Shown in pieces: positions 16,600-26,602 of a DNA stretch of 64,000 nucleotides (position 1 is the stretch's first letter; each line of letters starts with the position of its first letter). The DNA is taken from the NCBI GenBank assembly GCA_031423795.1, contig JANPGH010000001.1, positions 1,656-65,655 of the forward strand. The letters are read 5' to 3'. Below the pieces are notes generated by a model, which did not search any database, was not told the DNA's origin, and saw only the letters and a program-made list of their open reading frames with translations. The translations under genes and the position numbers were made by a program. The DNA is from Elusimicrobiota bacterium. Lineage in GTDB: Bacteria > Elusimicrobiota > Elusimicrobia > UBA1565 > UBA9628.

Positions 16600-18624
16600 T
16601 CACCTCGATACTGAACGGCGTTTTCGCGGAGAAGATTTCGCGCGTGAGGCGGACATCGACTTGAGCTCGAACAGCTGGTCGCGCAGCAACACCGCGGCCT
16701 CAAAATCGAGCGCGTCGGCTGCCGCCTTCATCCGACCTTCGACCTCGGCGACGATGCCGGGCAAATCCTTGGCCGACATCGGCTTCTCCGCATCGCGCAG
16801 CAGCATCAGCCCTTCACGCTTGGCCGTGGAATGGAACTCTTCGAGATCCTCGACCGCCTTGATGATGGTCTTCGGGGTGATTTTGTGGGCGACGTTGTAA
16901 GCGACCTGCTTCTGGCGGCGCCGGTCCATTTCATCCAAAGCGCGCTTCATCGAGCCGGTCACGGTGTCGGCATATAAGATCACCTGGCCGCCGACGTTGC
17001 GCGCCGCGCGTCCCGAGATCTGGATCAGCGTCGTTTCCGATCGAAGAAATCCCTCGTGGTCGGCACCGAGAATGGCCACCAGTGATACCTCGGGAAGGTC
17101 GAGGCCCTCACGCAGTAAGTTAATGCCGACCAACACGTCGAAGACGCCAGCGCGCAAATCCTGCAGGATCTGTATGCGTTCCAAGCTGTCGATGTCGGAA
17201 TGCAGGTAGCGGGCACGCACGTCCTTGGTCAGAAGCCAGGACGTCAAGTCCTCGGCCGTGCGCTTGGTGAGAGTCGTGACCAGCACACGTTCCTTCTTTT
17301 TCGCGCGATCGCGTATTCGAACCAATAAATCGTCGAGTTGTCCTTCGCTTGGCTTGATAATGGTCTCTGGGTCGATGAGACCGGTCGGACGCACGACCAT
17401 TTCGACGATTTCACCCTGCGTCTTTTTTAGTTCGTAGGGTCCCGGTGTGGCCGACACGAATACTGTCTGTCCGGCCAGCGCCTCAAATTCGGAGAATTTG
17501 AGTGGCCGGTTGTCGAGCGCAGAGGGCAAACGCCACCCGAAGTCGACCAAGGTCTGCTTGCGCGCGCGGTCGCCCTGGTACATGCCGCCGATCTGAGGGA
17601 CCCCGACGTGGCTTTCGTCGACGACGAGCAGGTAATCCTTCGGAAAAAAATCGATCAGGCAATTCGGGCGGTCGCCGGGAGCGCGGCCCGAAAGGGGGCG
17701 CGAGTAGTTCTCGATACCGTGGCAGAATCCGATTTCGCGCAGCATTTCCAAATCATAATGGGTCCGCTGTTCGATGCGCTGCGCCTCGAGCAATTTGCCC
17801 TGGGATGAGAAATAGGCGATTCGCTCCTTCAGCTCATCCTCGATGACGGTGATCGCGCGTTCGCGCTCGGGTCCGCCCGTCACGAAGTGCTTGGCGGGAT
17901 ACACCCATTCCCGCTGCAGGTCCTTAATTTTCTTTCCCGTCAACGGATCGAATTCGATCAGGGATTTCACGACCCCGTCTTCCAGGGTCGCGCGCAACGC
18001 GACCTCCATGTAAGCGGGGAAGACGTCCACCACACCGCCCTTCATGCGGAATTTTCCCCGCACGAATTCCATCTCATTGCGCTCGTAATGGATTGCGACA
18101 AGGCGCTCGGCAAACTCATCCCGGGTGACCTTCCAACCGACCTCAAGCGGGATCGCCCTTTTTTCATATTGGTCGGGAGAGCCGATGTTGTAGATACACG
18201 ATACCGACGCCACCACGATTACGTCTCGCCGCGACATCAGCGAACTCGTTGCCTTGAGTCGCAGGCGGTCAATCCGGTCGTTAATCGAGGAGTCTTTTTC
18301 GATAAACGTGTCCGTGGACGGCACATAGGCTTCGGGCTGGTAGTAGTCGTAGTAGGAGATGAAAAATTCCACGGCGTTGTCCGGGAAAAAGGCCTTGAAC
18401 TCGGCGTAAAGCTGAGCGGCGAGAACCTTGTTGGGGGACATCACAAGTGTTGGCCGATCGAGATTCTTGATCACGTTGGCGATCGCGAATGTCTTTCCGG
18501 ACCCGGTCACTCCCAACAGGGTTTGTGCCGGCGCGCCTTCCCGAATTCGGGAAATGAGCGATGCGATCGCCTCAGGCTGGTCGCCGGCGGGCTTAAAAGA
18601 TGAACGCAGGCGAAACAGGCTCAT
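16600..18624 (-). CDS. uvrB: Excinuclease ABC subunit B
   Basis: 674 aa. Walker A GVTGSGKT, helicase motifs and a C-terminal UVR domain (FEAAVLLRDQL). Confidence 0.95.
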   Translation of the reverse strand: MSLFRLRSSFKPAGDQPEAIASLISRIREGAPAQTLLGVTGSGKTFAIANVIKNLDRPTLVMSPNKVLAAQLYAEFKAFFPDNAVEFFISYYDYYQPEAYVPSTDTFIEKDSSINDRIDRLRLKATSSLMSRRDVIVVASVSCIYNIGSPDQYEKRAIPLEVGWKVTRDEFAERLVAIHYERNEMEFVRGKFRMKGGVVDVFPAYMEVALRATLEDGVVKSLIEFDPLTGKKIKDLQREWVYPAKHFVTGGPERERAITVIEDELKERIAYFSSQGKLLEAQRIEQRTHYDLEMLREIGFCHGIENYSRPLSGRAPGDRPNCLIDFFPKDYLLVVDESHVGVPQIGGMYQGDRARKQTLVDFGWRLPSALDNRPLKFSEFEALAGQTVFVSATPGPYELKKTQGEIVEMVVRPTGLIDPETIIKPSEGQLDDLLVRIRDRAKKKERVLVTTLTKRTAEDLTSWLLTKDVRARYLHSDIDSLERIQILQDLRAGVFDVLVGINLLREGLDLPEVSLVAILGADHEGFLRSETTLIQISGRAARNVGGQVILYADTVTGSMKRALDEMDRRRQKQVAYNVAHKITPKTIIKAVEDLEEFHSTAKREGLMLLRDAEKPMSAKDLPGIVAEVEGRMKAAADALDFEAAVLLRDQLFELKSMSASRAKSSPRKRRSVSR

Positions 18625-19040
18625 TAGCGCGCGGTCGCGGGAAGGGGACCCCGGATCTTCATCAGCGTGCGGTCGCCGTCCAGCGCGTTGATCTCGATCT
18701 TAAATTTGGCGCCTTGATCGACCACAGTCACGGTATTGATGTCGACGTGCGCCGCCAGTCGTCCCTTAAACGACTCGCTTTGCGGGGCGATCGTAAGCAA
18801 AGTCGCGAGATCGTTCGCGTAATGGCCGCGAGAGGATTTGTACTTCACTTGAAGGTCATAGAGAGCGAGCATGTCAGACATTGCGTCGTAGCGTCGCCGA
18901 ACTAGGCTCTCCTGGGTCCGGGCGTGCCGCCACGTGGCGATGGCTGCTACTGCGCTGCCGATCCAGAGGATGCATAGGACGGAAATTAAGATTTTTGACG
19001 AAAAAAATCTTTGCTTCCATTGCGGCGGCGACTGCGTCAT
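18624..19040 (-). CDS. Membrane-anchored hypothetical protein
   Basis: 138 aa with one N-terminal TM. It overlaps the uvrB start by 1 nt. Confidence 0.5.
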   Translation of the reverse strand: MTQSPPQWKQRFFSSKILISVLCILWIGSAVAAIATWRHARTQESLVRRRYDAMSDMLALYDLQVKYKSSRGHYANDLATLLTIAPQSESFKGRLAAHVDINTVTVVDQGAKFKIEINALDGDRTLMKIRGPLPATAR

Positions 19041-19046
19041 GGGTTC

Positions 19047-19075
19047 ATTATGGAACTGAAGGCCCGTGCTGTCAA
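19047..19075 (-). promoter_or_regulatory. Canonical promoter TTGACA-N17-CATAAT, 6 nt before ATG 19040 (leaderless)
   Basis: Read on the minus strand: TTGACA (19075-19070), a 17-nt spacer, CATAAT (19052-19047), GAACCC, then ATG. Confidence 0.65.
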
Positions 19076-19106
19076 GTTATCGCCATGGAACGCGCTGACA
19101 CGAAGG

Positions 19107-20717
19107 TTAAAAGGCTTGCCCGGCCAATATCGAGAGCGACCATCGCGAGCTGGTATGATTATCATTGAGCGCATATGCCAGGTCGATGCGAACTGGGGTG
19201 TTGTCGCTGGAGCGCGAGGCCGCCATGCGCAAACCAATGCCCACGCTGCTTTTCAGGTCGTTGACGTTGAGCGGCGCCGAGACGGGCCAAACGTTGCCGG
19301 CATCGAAGAAGGCGACAGTGCCGACGTCGATCAGGCGCCAAAGATTGTCCCACACGAAAACGCGATCTTCAAAGTTCACGAGAAAGCGGCGATCGCCGGT
19401 GAATGTGTTTAAGCCATAGCCGCGCAAGCCGCTGGCCTCTCCTAAGGAAAGCAGCGAAGTGGAGTCCATACGCCACCCCATATCGCAGGAGGTGTGAAAG
19501 GCCAGGGTTTGATAACGCAGCCCGCGGATATAATAGGTTGCTTCGCCGGAAACGATCCGATTGGAGTTGGCCCCGTTCACATACTTTGAACGGTATCCGC
19601 CGTTGAATAACAGCAATTGATCCGGCCATGTCAGTCCTTTGCGCACGAGCAGCTTGGGGAGCCATTGCGATTCGGTCGTGTCAAAATTCCGTATGAAAGG
19701 CGCCCAGCCAATGCTCGGCTTCACGGAGAGGCCCAGGTTGAAGTCCTCGTCGCGAGTGAATTTTTGAATACGGCGAGCCGTCAGGAAGTCCAACTCCTCC
19801 CACTCGCCCCCGAGTTGGAAAACGGCATAGTGTTCCCGGTTCGGCATTGGTACCAGAGGCTGCCCCGGAATGCTCGTGTATTGCGCATCATGTCCGGTCA
19901 CCCCGAAGAGGATGCGACGAGTGTGTTCCGTCGAAGTCGCGAAGGCGACGCCAAAATTTGCCCCTACTTCCGCGACCTTCCTGCTGACCAGGCCGGTCGT
20001 ATTTGTCGAGTCGGTCGACCCGATTTCGTTTTTGACGTAACTGGCGTTTCCTCCCGCGGACCAACGAACGATCGAAGCGAAAAAAGGGCGGTTCAATGAA
20101 AGAGAATAGTTCTGGACGCCGGGGGCCGTGAGGCCGTTCGCCGAAAAAATCAAATGCCTTGTGTGGAAGAACTGCGGATCTTGGTAACCAAATGATTTGG
20201 AATCCGAATTTCCATTACGTTCGCCCACAACGGAGGCCAGCTTCCCTTGGCCCAAAAAATTTTGGTCGGTGATCCCAGCTTTCATGGTTGTGGCGCTGCC
20301 GGCGCGTTTGTAATCCGCGACGACGGCGAGGCTCCAGGAATCGTAGGTGCGGATGATGATGTCGACGGTACCGCGCGCGTTGATCGTCGCATAGGCCCGG
20401 GCGCGGCGGATAAACGAAAGCGCGCGCAGATTGCGCTCCGTCTCGGCGACCAAGGACGGATCATACCGGTCGCCCACGGCAAACAGCAGTTCCCGGGAAA
20501 TGATCATTTCCCACGTGCGTATGTGGATGCGGTTGGCCATACGGTAGAGAAGCTTGTTTTCGGGAGGAGCGTCCGTTTGAAAGACGTTATTGCTTTCGAT
20601 TTTGATCGACGCGATGATTCGTCCCGTCGGGCCCATTAGCGCGCTGCGGGGTTTAGCCGCGACGGGGACGCTGAACAATAAAAAAAGAAAGATCAGCGAT
20701 CGCTGGAGCACAGCCAT
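19107..20717 (-). CDS. Omp85/BamA-family outer-membrane beta-barrel (surface antigen D15)
   Basis: 536 aa from ATG 20717. Signal peptide MAVLQRSLIFLFLLFSVPVAA. C-terminal barrel motifs are GLRGYG..F.GDRRFLVNFEDR and a terminal ...AGQAF. SD AAGGA lies upstream. Confidence 0.75.
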   Translation of the reverse strand: MAVLQRSLIFLFLLFSVPVAAKPRSALMGPTGRIIASIKIESNNVFQTDAPPENKLLYRMANRIHIRTWEMIISRELLFAVGDRYDPSLVAETERNLRALSFIRRARAYATINARGTVDIIIRTYDSWSLAVVADYKRAGSATTMKAGITDQNFLGQGKLASVVGERNGNSDSKSFGYQDPQFFHTRHLIFSANGLTAPGVQNYSLSLNRPFFASIVRWSAGGNASYVKNEIGSTDSTNTTGLVSRKVAEVGANFGVAFATSTEHTRRILFGVTGHDAQYTSIPGQPLVPMPNREHYAVFQLGGEWEELDFLTARRIQKFTRDEDFNLGLSVKPSIGWAPFIRNFDTTESQWLPKLLVRKGLTWPDQLLLFNGGYRSKYVNGANSNRIVSGEATYYIRGLRYQTLAFHTSCDMGWRMDSTSLLSLGEASGLRGYGLNTFTGDRRFLVNFEDRVFVWDNLWRLIDVGTVAFFDAGNVWPVSAPLNVNDLKSSVGIGLRMAASRSSDNTPVRIDLAYALNDNHTSSRWSLSILAGQAF

Positions 20718-20742
20718 GAATCCTTGAAGAAGTGCCGACGCA

Positions 20743-21051
20743 TCAGGGTGCTCCTTTTTTGGGCGCAGGAGCGCTTCCGCCAAAGAAGGCCTCTCCTTTT
20801 GCGCGTATCCCCTCGTCGGGACCAGGTTTGCGGGAGACTGGTTTTTTCTTGCGCCGCTTAGCCGGGATCTTTTTTGGGGGCGATTTTTTCGCCTTTGTTT
20901 TCGGCGGCAACGATGGACCCGTCGAAGTCTTGGGCGGGGCGACGGCTGGGTCGGCGACGGGTAGGGACTGGGCGTTTGCCGCCGCAATTGTGAAGGTCAA
21001 AAGCGCCACGCGCGTGATGAGGCCGTACCGGTCAATTAAAGGTGTTTTCAT
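20743..21051 (-). CDS. Secreted Lys/Pro-rich basic protein
   Basis: 102 aa. A signal peptide ends in AANAQ. It is followed by PPKTKAKKSPPKKIPAKRRKKKPVSRKPGP. Confidence 0.5.
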   Translation of the reverse strand: MKTPLIDRYGLITRVALLTFTIAAANAQSLPVADPAVAPPKTSTGPSLPPKTKAKKSPPKKIPAKRRKKKPVSRKPGPDEGIRAKGEAFFGGSAPAPKKGAP

Positions 21052-21150
21052 ATATAGGACTTAGGACCTATTCTGAGAGGTGTCCTTTCATTGGGTCACG
21101 AGGACCCGTTGGCCCACCCCTCAAGTCAATCTCCATGTTACCATGAAAAT

Positions 21151-21483
21151 ATGACGAGCATGGAACTGTACGTCAAGTTTATGTTCACGCTGGCCATCGG
21201 CCTGGTGGGCCTGAGCCTGGTATTATTCACGCTGCTTGAGACGGTATTGGCCTACTGGGACCCGGTGGTCGACGCGCGTCACTGGTGGCGCCGGGTCACG
21301 CAGCACCGTTCGGGAGTCGCCTCGATCCGCGCGGAAGATATTCTCTCCGAAATTGAAGGCCGGCAACGCGGTCTTACGGTTCGGCTGACCGAAAGCCCGA
21401 TCGATCAACGCCGCGAAGTCCTTCGCGATGTGCGCGAGGCCGAGAGTCGCCTCGCTTCCCCCGCACCTTTCGAACCGCTATAA
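21151..21483 (+). CDS. Small membrane protein, unknown function
   Basis: 110 aa with one TM. An extended -10 TGtTACCAT (21136-21144) lies 6 nt before ATG 21151. Confidence 0.45.
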   Translation: MTSMELYVKFMFTLAIGLVGLSLVLFTLLETVLAYWDPVVDARHWWRRVTQHRSGVASIRAEDILSEIEGRQRGLTVRLTESPIDQRREVLRDVREAESRLASPAPFEPL

Positions 21484-21492
21484 TCGCCCCGC

Positions 21493-23121
21493 GTGCGAAC
21501 CGCGTGGATAGCCGGTCCTCTCCTGCTTTGTTTGGCGTTGTCGTCTTTTTTCGGGATCGGGTTAATCAGGTCGGCTTCGCCGACATATGATGAGCCGGTT
21601 CATTTGGCCGCAGGCTACACCGACTTGGTCCAGGGGCGCTACCGGCTCAACGCGATGGACCATCCGCCGTTGGGGGAGATGTGGGCGGCCCTGCCACTGT
21701 TGGGTATGTCGCTCGACCGCTTTGCCGCCCATCCTGCCTGGATTGACGCCGCGGTGTACCATTATGGGGACCTTTTCCTCTATCATAACCGAATTTCATC
21801 CGACGTCCTTTTAGCCGCGTCAAGGTCGTGGTCGCTGCTCACGTGGACCTTGCTCGTGGCGTGGTTCCTGATGGTCTGGTCGGCGCGGCTCGAAGGTCCG
21901 CCCGGAGCCTGGGGCGCGGCGGTAGCACTCGGGTGTTGCGTGCCCTGGTTTTCGAACGCGGCATTGATCACGACCGACGCGCCTTCGGCGGCTTTATTTT
22001 TTGCCGCGTGCGCCTTGTTCGCGATTCCAGGAAGGTCTCGGCGTACCTATATGCTCGGAGGGACGATCGTCGGGGCGGCGTTGGCGGCGAAGTTCAACAT
22101 GATCTTGCTGCCTCCGCTAATCGTATTTTCGCTCATCGTCGATCCGCGCGCGGAGGACGCGCGGCGCAATCGATGGCCGCGCATCGCGCTGGCCGTCGCG
22201 GTCGCCGTCGTCGCGCTCGCGGCGGCCTATCGTTTCGCTTATTTCGACTTGTATTTCCGCGGGCTGTCCGCGACGTTGTCGCGGCTGGCACAAGGCCGCG
22301 GCGCATATTTGCTCGGAAACCATTCGACGACCGGGTGGCTTTGGTATTATCCGGCGGCGGTGCTGGTGAAAACGCCGTTGGCGCTTCTCTTGCTGTCGGG
22401 CTGGGGATTGTGGAAGGCGGTCCGTCAGCCGCGCGGCGAAGCGGCCTGGCTGCTGATTCCGCCGTTGGGGTATGCCGCCGTCGCCTTGTTTTCGAAAACG
22501 CAGATCGGCTACCGCCATGTGCTTCCGATTTATCCGTTTATTTGCCTGTGGGCGGGTTTGGGCGTGGCCGACTTGTGGCGGCGCGCAAACCCCGGACGGG
22601 CGCTGGCATGCGCCATGGGCGTTTGGGCGGCGGTTTCCGTCGCAATGAACCACCCGCAGCATTTGTCCTACTTCAATGAAATCGCCCGCGGCCGGAGCGA
22701 ACAGTGGCTGTCCGATTCGAATTTGGACTGGGGACAAGATCTCCCCACCTTGGCGCGAGAGCTCGCGGCTCGGGGAAATCCTCCCTTCGTGCTTTGCTAC
22801 TTTGGAAGCGGTGATCCGGCCGCATACGGGTTGCGCTATGTTCCCTTGGGGATCTTGGCGACCGTGACAAGGAGCGGAAACGCGGTTCTCGAGAGAGGCG
22901 CACCGGTGCTGTTTGCCGTGTCCGAGACCAACTTGGTCGGAACCTATATGCGGGACCCGGCCGTGTTCGATTGGCTTAGGAGCCGAACGCCGGCGGCGAT
23001 TCCGGGCGGTTCCATCTGGCTTTATGACCTGACGCAGGACCGAGAAGGCCGTGCCCGCTTGGCGGCGATGTTGGCCTCCCTCGGCCGGCTCGGCGACGCG
23101 GACGTGGTCGGGAGATTCTAA
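21493..23121 (+). CDS. GT39/ArnT-like (GT-C fold) membrane glycosyltransferase
   Basis: 542 aa and multi-TM. The N-terminal YDEPVHLAAGY...MDHPPLGEMW is typical of PMT_2/GT39 proteins. GTG start 8 nt after TATAAT (21479-21484). Confidence 0.7.
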   Translation: MRTAWIAGPLLLCLALSSFFGIGLIRSASPTYDEPVHLAAGYTDLVQGRYRLNAMDHPPLGEMWAALPLLGMSLDRFAAHPAWIDAAVYHYGDLFLYHNRISSDVLLAASRSWSLLTWTLLVAWFLMVWSARLEGPPGAWGAAVALGCCVPWFSNAALITTDAPSAALFFAACALFAIPGRSRRTYMLGGTIVGAALAAKFNMILLPPLIVFSLIVDPRAEDARRNRWPRIALAVAVAVVALAAAYRFAYFDLYFRGLSATLSRLAQGRGAYLLGNHSTTGWLWYYPAAVLVKTPLALLLLSGWGLWKAVRQPRGEAAWLLIPPLGYAAVALFSKTQIGYRHVLPIYPFICLWAGLGVADLWRRANPGRALACAMGVWAAVSVAMNHPQHLSYFNEIARGRSEQWLSDSNLDWGQDLPTLARELAARGNPPFVLCYFGSGDPAAYGLRYVPLGILATVTRSGNAVLERGAPVLFAVSETNLVGTYMRDPAVFDWLRSRTPAAIPGGSIWLYDLTQDREGRARLAAMLASLGRLGDADVVGRF

Positions 23122-23125
23122 GCGC

Positions 23126-26100
23126 ATGTCCTTGGGCGACAGGGCGCGTCGTTGGCGCGCGCAGCGACGCCGGACGATTCTTTTCGAGTCTTTTGCCTCC
23201 TCGGTGGGTTTAGCCACTTGCTGGTTCGTCGCGGTGGCGTTGCTCGACCGCTGGGCAGCGCTTGCCAAGCCCGCGCGAATCGGGGCATTTGCAGCGGGTA
23301 TAATCGGATGCGGCTGGCTGTTGGTCGTTCGACTGTGGCGTCCGTGGCGAGCGCTGACTTGGGACGATATTTTCAATGCCTCGTCAGCACGGTGGCCAGA
23401 GTCTCGGCCGTATTTTTCTTCTGCGTGGGCGCTGCGCGCTAAGCCGTCCATCACCGGAACGTCCGAGGCGTTAAGGCAAGAGCATCTGGCCCGCGCCGAC
23501 CGCGTGGCCGCCGAACAGACCGAAAAGATCTTGTTCAAGTGGTCGCCATCATCCGGCGTGCGGCGCTTGGCAATCGTCGCGGTCACGTTGTTGGCGGCGC
23601 AGTCGATATTCGGAGACAGGTCCTCTTGGTCGCGCGCGGTCGCCCCCTGGCGAGATGCGGCATTGGACGAGTACGTGGCGGTGGAACCTGGAGATGCGCG
23701 GATCGATTGGGGCGCGGGGGCGACGGTGTTCGCCCGCTTAAAGGCGGGAGCACGGGAGCACGGATTGACACCGGGGAGCTTGGTTTTGGAATCGCGCACG
23801 CGCGACGAGCGATGGCAGCCGCTCGGATGGACTCGCTTCGATCGGGAATCGGCGGAGCGGCGGTTCGATTCAGTATCGGCCGACATCGATTATCGAATGC
23901 GATGGCGGGATTTGGTCGGCCGGTCCTACCGCTTGGAACCCGTGCCGCCGCCGCGGTGGGCGAAGGCGACGGCCGTCGTCAAAGACGTGAGGGGCGAGCG
24001 TCGATTCGAACTGGGAAAAGAGGCAATTATTAATGCCCGAAAGGGCGATTGGATAGCGATCGAAGCGCAATCCGATCAACGCTTGGCCTCCGCCACGCTT
24101 CGAATTCCTGAACATACCGCGGGTATAACGATGAATCGCGAGGTCGGGCAGTGGCGCGGCGGCTTTCTTGCCCAATCGGAAGGTGTCCTTTCGTTCGAAT
24201 TGGTCGGTGTCGACGGCCGCCGCGACCCGTCGCCGCCGACTTACACATTGTCCATCACCATCGATGCGCCGCCGACGGCCGAACTTCTTTCTCCGCAAGT
24301 GGCGCTGGTCGCCTCACTGCAGGAGGTAATCCCGGTGACGTACGCGTTGCGCGACGATTCCGCGGTGAGCCGCGCGGCGCTGATTTTCACGGTCGATGCA
24401 AAAGCGGAGGTAGCACTCCCGTTGCCGGTCCCGGCTGCGGCTCGCACCGACGTGGTCGCGGATTTCTCTTGGGCATTGACGACTCAATCCCCGGGCTCGC
24501 ACGTCGAATTTTGGATTGAGGTTTGGGACGACGCCGTGCCGGCACAGCGGGGCGTTTCCGAAAAAGGGACGATCGAGATCGTCAACGCCGCCGCCGACCA
24601 CGCGGCGGCCCTCTCGGCACGAGAAGCAGCCGATGCCAACGTGGAGAAGGCCGCCGCGGCGGCTGAAGCGGCCCGAGATGCCGCTCGCCGTGGCGATCTC
24701 GCGGCGTCGCGCAAGCTTACCGAAGAATTGCGCGCCCAGTGGAAGCAGGCGAGTGCCGCTCTAAAGGAGTGGGGGGATCGATCCTCGGCCGATTCGCGCG
24801 GCGATCCCGGAATCGCGCAAGAGGCTCAGCGCTCCGCTGAAGAATTTGAACAAGCGGGGCAGGACGGCCTTCCCGCCGCCGAGAACGCGTTAGCGAAAGC
24901 TGATTCCGCCGCGGCCGCGCGTGAGCAGGACGCGCTCGCCCAGCAAGCGCGCGGGGTCCAGAAGTCCATGCGGGAGGGCGCGGGCGTTCAAGCGCTGCAG
25001 GATCACTCCCGGGCGATGAGCCAGGCCGGCCAAACGAGCGAAGGCTTGGCCGCACAGGCGGAGGCCCTGGCCGCGCGCGGCCGCGAGGGGACGGTCACGG
25101 GGGCGGAGCTCGAAAAACTCGAAGCCGCGCTTTCCGAGATCGAGGGTCAGCTCGAGTCGCTGCGCCGCGCCGTCAAGGCGATGCCGGAAATTTCTGCCGA
25201 GGAAGCCGAAGGAGGGACGCGCGAGCTTCCTTTGGAAGACGCCCGGCAATCCGCCGCAGAGCTTCGCCACGCGCTGCAATCCGGAGATGTGAAGGCCGCC
25301 GCCAGCGCCGCGCGCAAACTCGCCGAACGTTTAAAGACGCTGGCCAAAACCCTGGACTCGGTGGGTCAGCGCGCCGCCCAGCAGCACGGACGCCATTCGT
25401 CCGAGGCCGCCTCTCGCGTGCGTCGCGCGTGGCAGGACGCTGTCGACGCGCAGACGACAGCCGTCGAAGCGGCGCGCAAAATCGAAGAGGACCGATTGGC
25501 GGAGTTGCTGGCGCGGCAACGCGAGATGTTGAAAACCGAAGCCGCCGGATTCTCGGCTGCAGCCGCGGCCGCGGGTGTCCAGTCTTCGGAATTTTCGTCC
25601 CCGTTCGCGGAGATCGCCAGGAGTCTGGCTGTCGGCGACGCGGCCGGTGCGGCCAATGTCATGCGTGGGGTTTCTGCGGCGCTGAAGCGCGACGCCGCGA
25701 CGGCCAAGGGACTTTCTCCCGCTGCGCGCGCCTTGGCCGCGGATCTGCAAGCACGTGCCGCGCGCCTCGAGAGCGGACCCTCCGCTCCTGGCGCGGATTC
25801 CGCGCGCTCCGCCGCCGCGGCTGGGGACCAACGAGCGGCCCTGGCGAAGACGCAATCTTTGCGCGCGGAAGTGTCTGGCGCGGCTAAGGACGGATATTTA
25901 TCTGGGCGGGTGGCCTCTCTAGTGGACCAAGCGATCGCCGAACAGGGAGCGGGCGAGGCGGCGCTGACTAGGGGAGATTCCGGAGAGGGATTGAAACGCG
26001 CCGAAGCGGCTCTCGCGATTCTGCAGTCCGGCGACTCGACGTCGTCCGGCGCCGAAAGTGCTGCGGGCGGCGCGCAAAAGTCGATGGGCGCCGGATCTTC

Positions 26101-26302
26101 CCCCGGCGGGACGATGACGATGCGCGCTGGCGGCTCGCGAGGCCGGTCCGGCCTGCGCTTCGAACACGTACGCCTGCCTTCGGCCAACGATTACCAGCCG
26201 CCGCGCGAATTACGCGAAGAACTGCAGAAGTCCTTACATGAATCGCGACCAGCCGCATTTGATCCAGCTATAAAAGAGTACTTCAAACGGCTTTCTCGGT
26301 GA
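23126..26302 (+). CDS. Large Ala-rich membrane-anchored protein, DUF4175-like
   Basis: About 1058 aa. Two N-terminal TMs, a beta-rich middle region and a long Ala/Glu/Arg coiled-coil C-half ending in IKEYFKRLSR. Confidence 0.55.
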   Translation: MSLGDRARRWRAQRRRTILFESFASSVGLATCWFVAVALLDRWAALAKPARIGAFAAGIIGCGWLLVVRLWRPWRALTWDDIFNASSARWPESRPYFSSAWALRAKPSITGTSEALRQEHLARADRVAAEQTEKILFKWSPSSGVRRLAIVAVTLLAAQSIFGDRSSWSRAVAPWRDAALDEYVAVEPGDARIDWGAGATVFARLKAGAREHGLTPGSLVLESRTRDERWQPLGWTRFDRESAERRFDSVSADIDYRMRWRDLVGRSYRLEPVPPPRWAKATAVVKDVRGERRFELGKEAIINARKGDWIAIEAQSDQRLASATLRIPEHTAGITMNREVGQWRGGFLAQSEGVLSFELVGVDGRRDPSPPTYTLSITIDAPPTAELLSPQVALVASLQEVIPVTYALRDDSAVSRAALIFTVDAKAEVALPLPVPAAARTDVVADFSWALTTQSPGSHVEFWIEVWDDAVPAQRGVSEKGTIEIVNAAADHAAALSAREAADANVEKAAAAAEAARDAARRGDLAASRKLTEELRAQWKQASAALKEWGDRSSADSRGDPGIAQEAQRSAEEFEQAGQDGLPAAENALAKADSAAAAREQDALAQQARGVQKSMREGAGVQALQDHSRAMSQAGQTSEGLAAQAEALAARGREGTVTGAELEKLEAALSEIEGQLESLRRAVKAMPEISAEEAEGGTRELPLEDARQSAAELRHALQSGDVKAAASAARKLAERLKTLAKTLDSVGQRAAQQHGRHSSEAASRVRRAWQDAVDAQTTAVEAARKIEEDRLAELLARQREMLKTEAAGFSAAAAAAGVQSSEFSSPFAEIARSLAVGDAAGAANVMRGVSAALKRDAATAKGLSPAARALAADLQARAARLESGPSAPGADSARSAAAAGDQRAALAKTQSLRAEVSGAAKDGYLSGRVASLVDQAIAEQGAGEAALTRGDSGEGLKRAEAALAILQSGDSTSSGAESAAGGAQKSMGAGSSPGGTMTMRAGGSRGRSGLRFEHVRLPSANDYQPPRELREELQKSLHESRPAAFDPAIKEYFKRLSR

Positions 26303-26306
26303 GAAC

Positions 26307-26329
26307 GGCGCCAGATGATTTTATCACCG
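26307..26329. repeat. Inverted repeat, copy at the transposase 3' side
   Basis: GGCGCCAGATGATTTTATCACCG. 21 of 23 positions match the reverse complement of 27924-27946. Confidence 0.75.
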
Positions 26330-26560
26330 TCGGGACCGCGGCGGATTGACCGCCGCTTAGCCTCGCTCCGCGGCTGATATAGACGAGCCCGTCAAGTTCC
26401 TGCGTTCACGCTCACGACGTTAAGTCCTTGCTGGTCCGTCCCTGGGAAGCCCCGGACCCGGAAGCGAAGCTGTTCTCGACGGTCGATCAAACTGATATTC
26501 GCGGGTTGCTCCGGCCGAGGGCCGGTGCCGAGCCGCATGATTTCGATTCGTCGGGAGCTG

Positions 26561-26602
26561 CCTCGATCTAAAATCGTGCATGGCGCCCAAAGGGCGCTGC
26601 AC
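26561..26602 (-). terminator. GC-rich hairpin plus U-tract about 75 nt downstream of the transposase stop
   Basis: On the minus strand: GUGCA-GCGCCC-UUU-GGGCGC-(CA)-UGCAC, followed by GAUUUUAG. It could instead be part of an IS-encoded RNA. Confidence 0.35.

Noticed and set aside
16600-16703. Long form (202 aa) of the ORF ending at 16095
   Set aside because: The upstream 38 codons overlap the uvrB 3' end and are Cys/Arg/Ser-rich. The internal ATG 16589 gives a signal peptide.
20718-20987. 90-aa Arg/Pro-rich N-terminal extension of the Omp85-family ORF
   Set aside because: The internal ATG 20717 gives a proper signal peptide with an SD upstream. The extension overlaps another frame that encodes a signal-peptide protein.
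22117-23886. 589-aa antisense ORF, plus many other long antisense or out-of-frame ORFs (for example 25366-26187, 38251-39153, 38463-39308, 39983-40498, 9466-10299)
   Set aside because: They are Arg/Pro/Ala/Gly-rich with no motifs. They lie opposite or out of frame to genes with clear family signatures. This is typical of stop-codon-poor frames in high-GC DNA.
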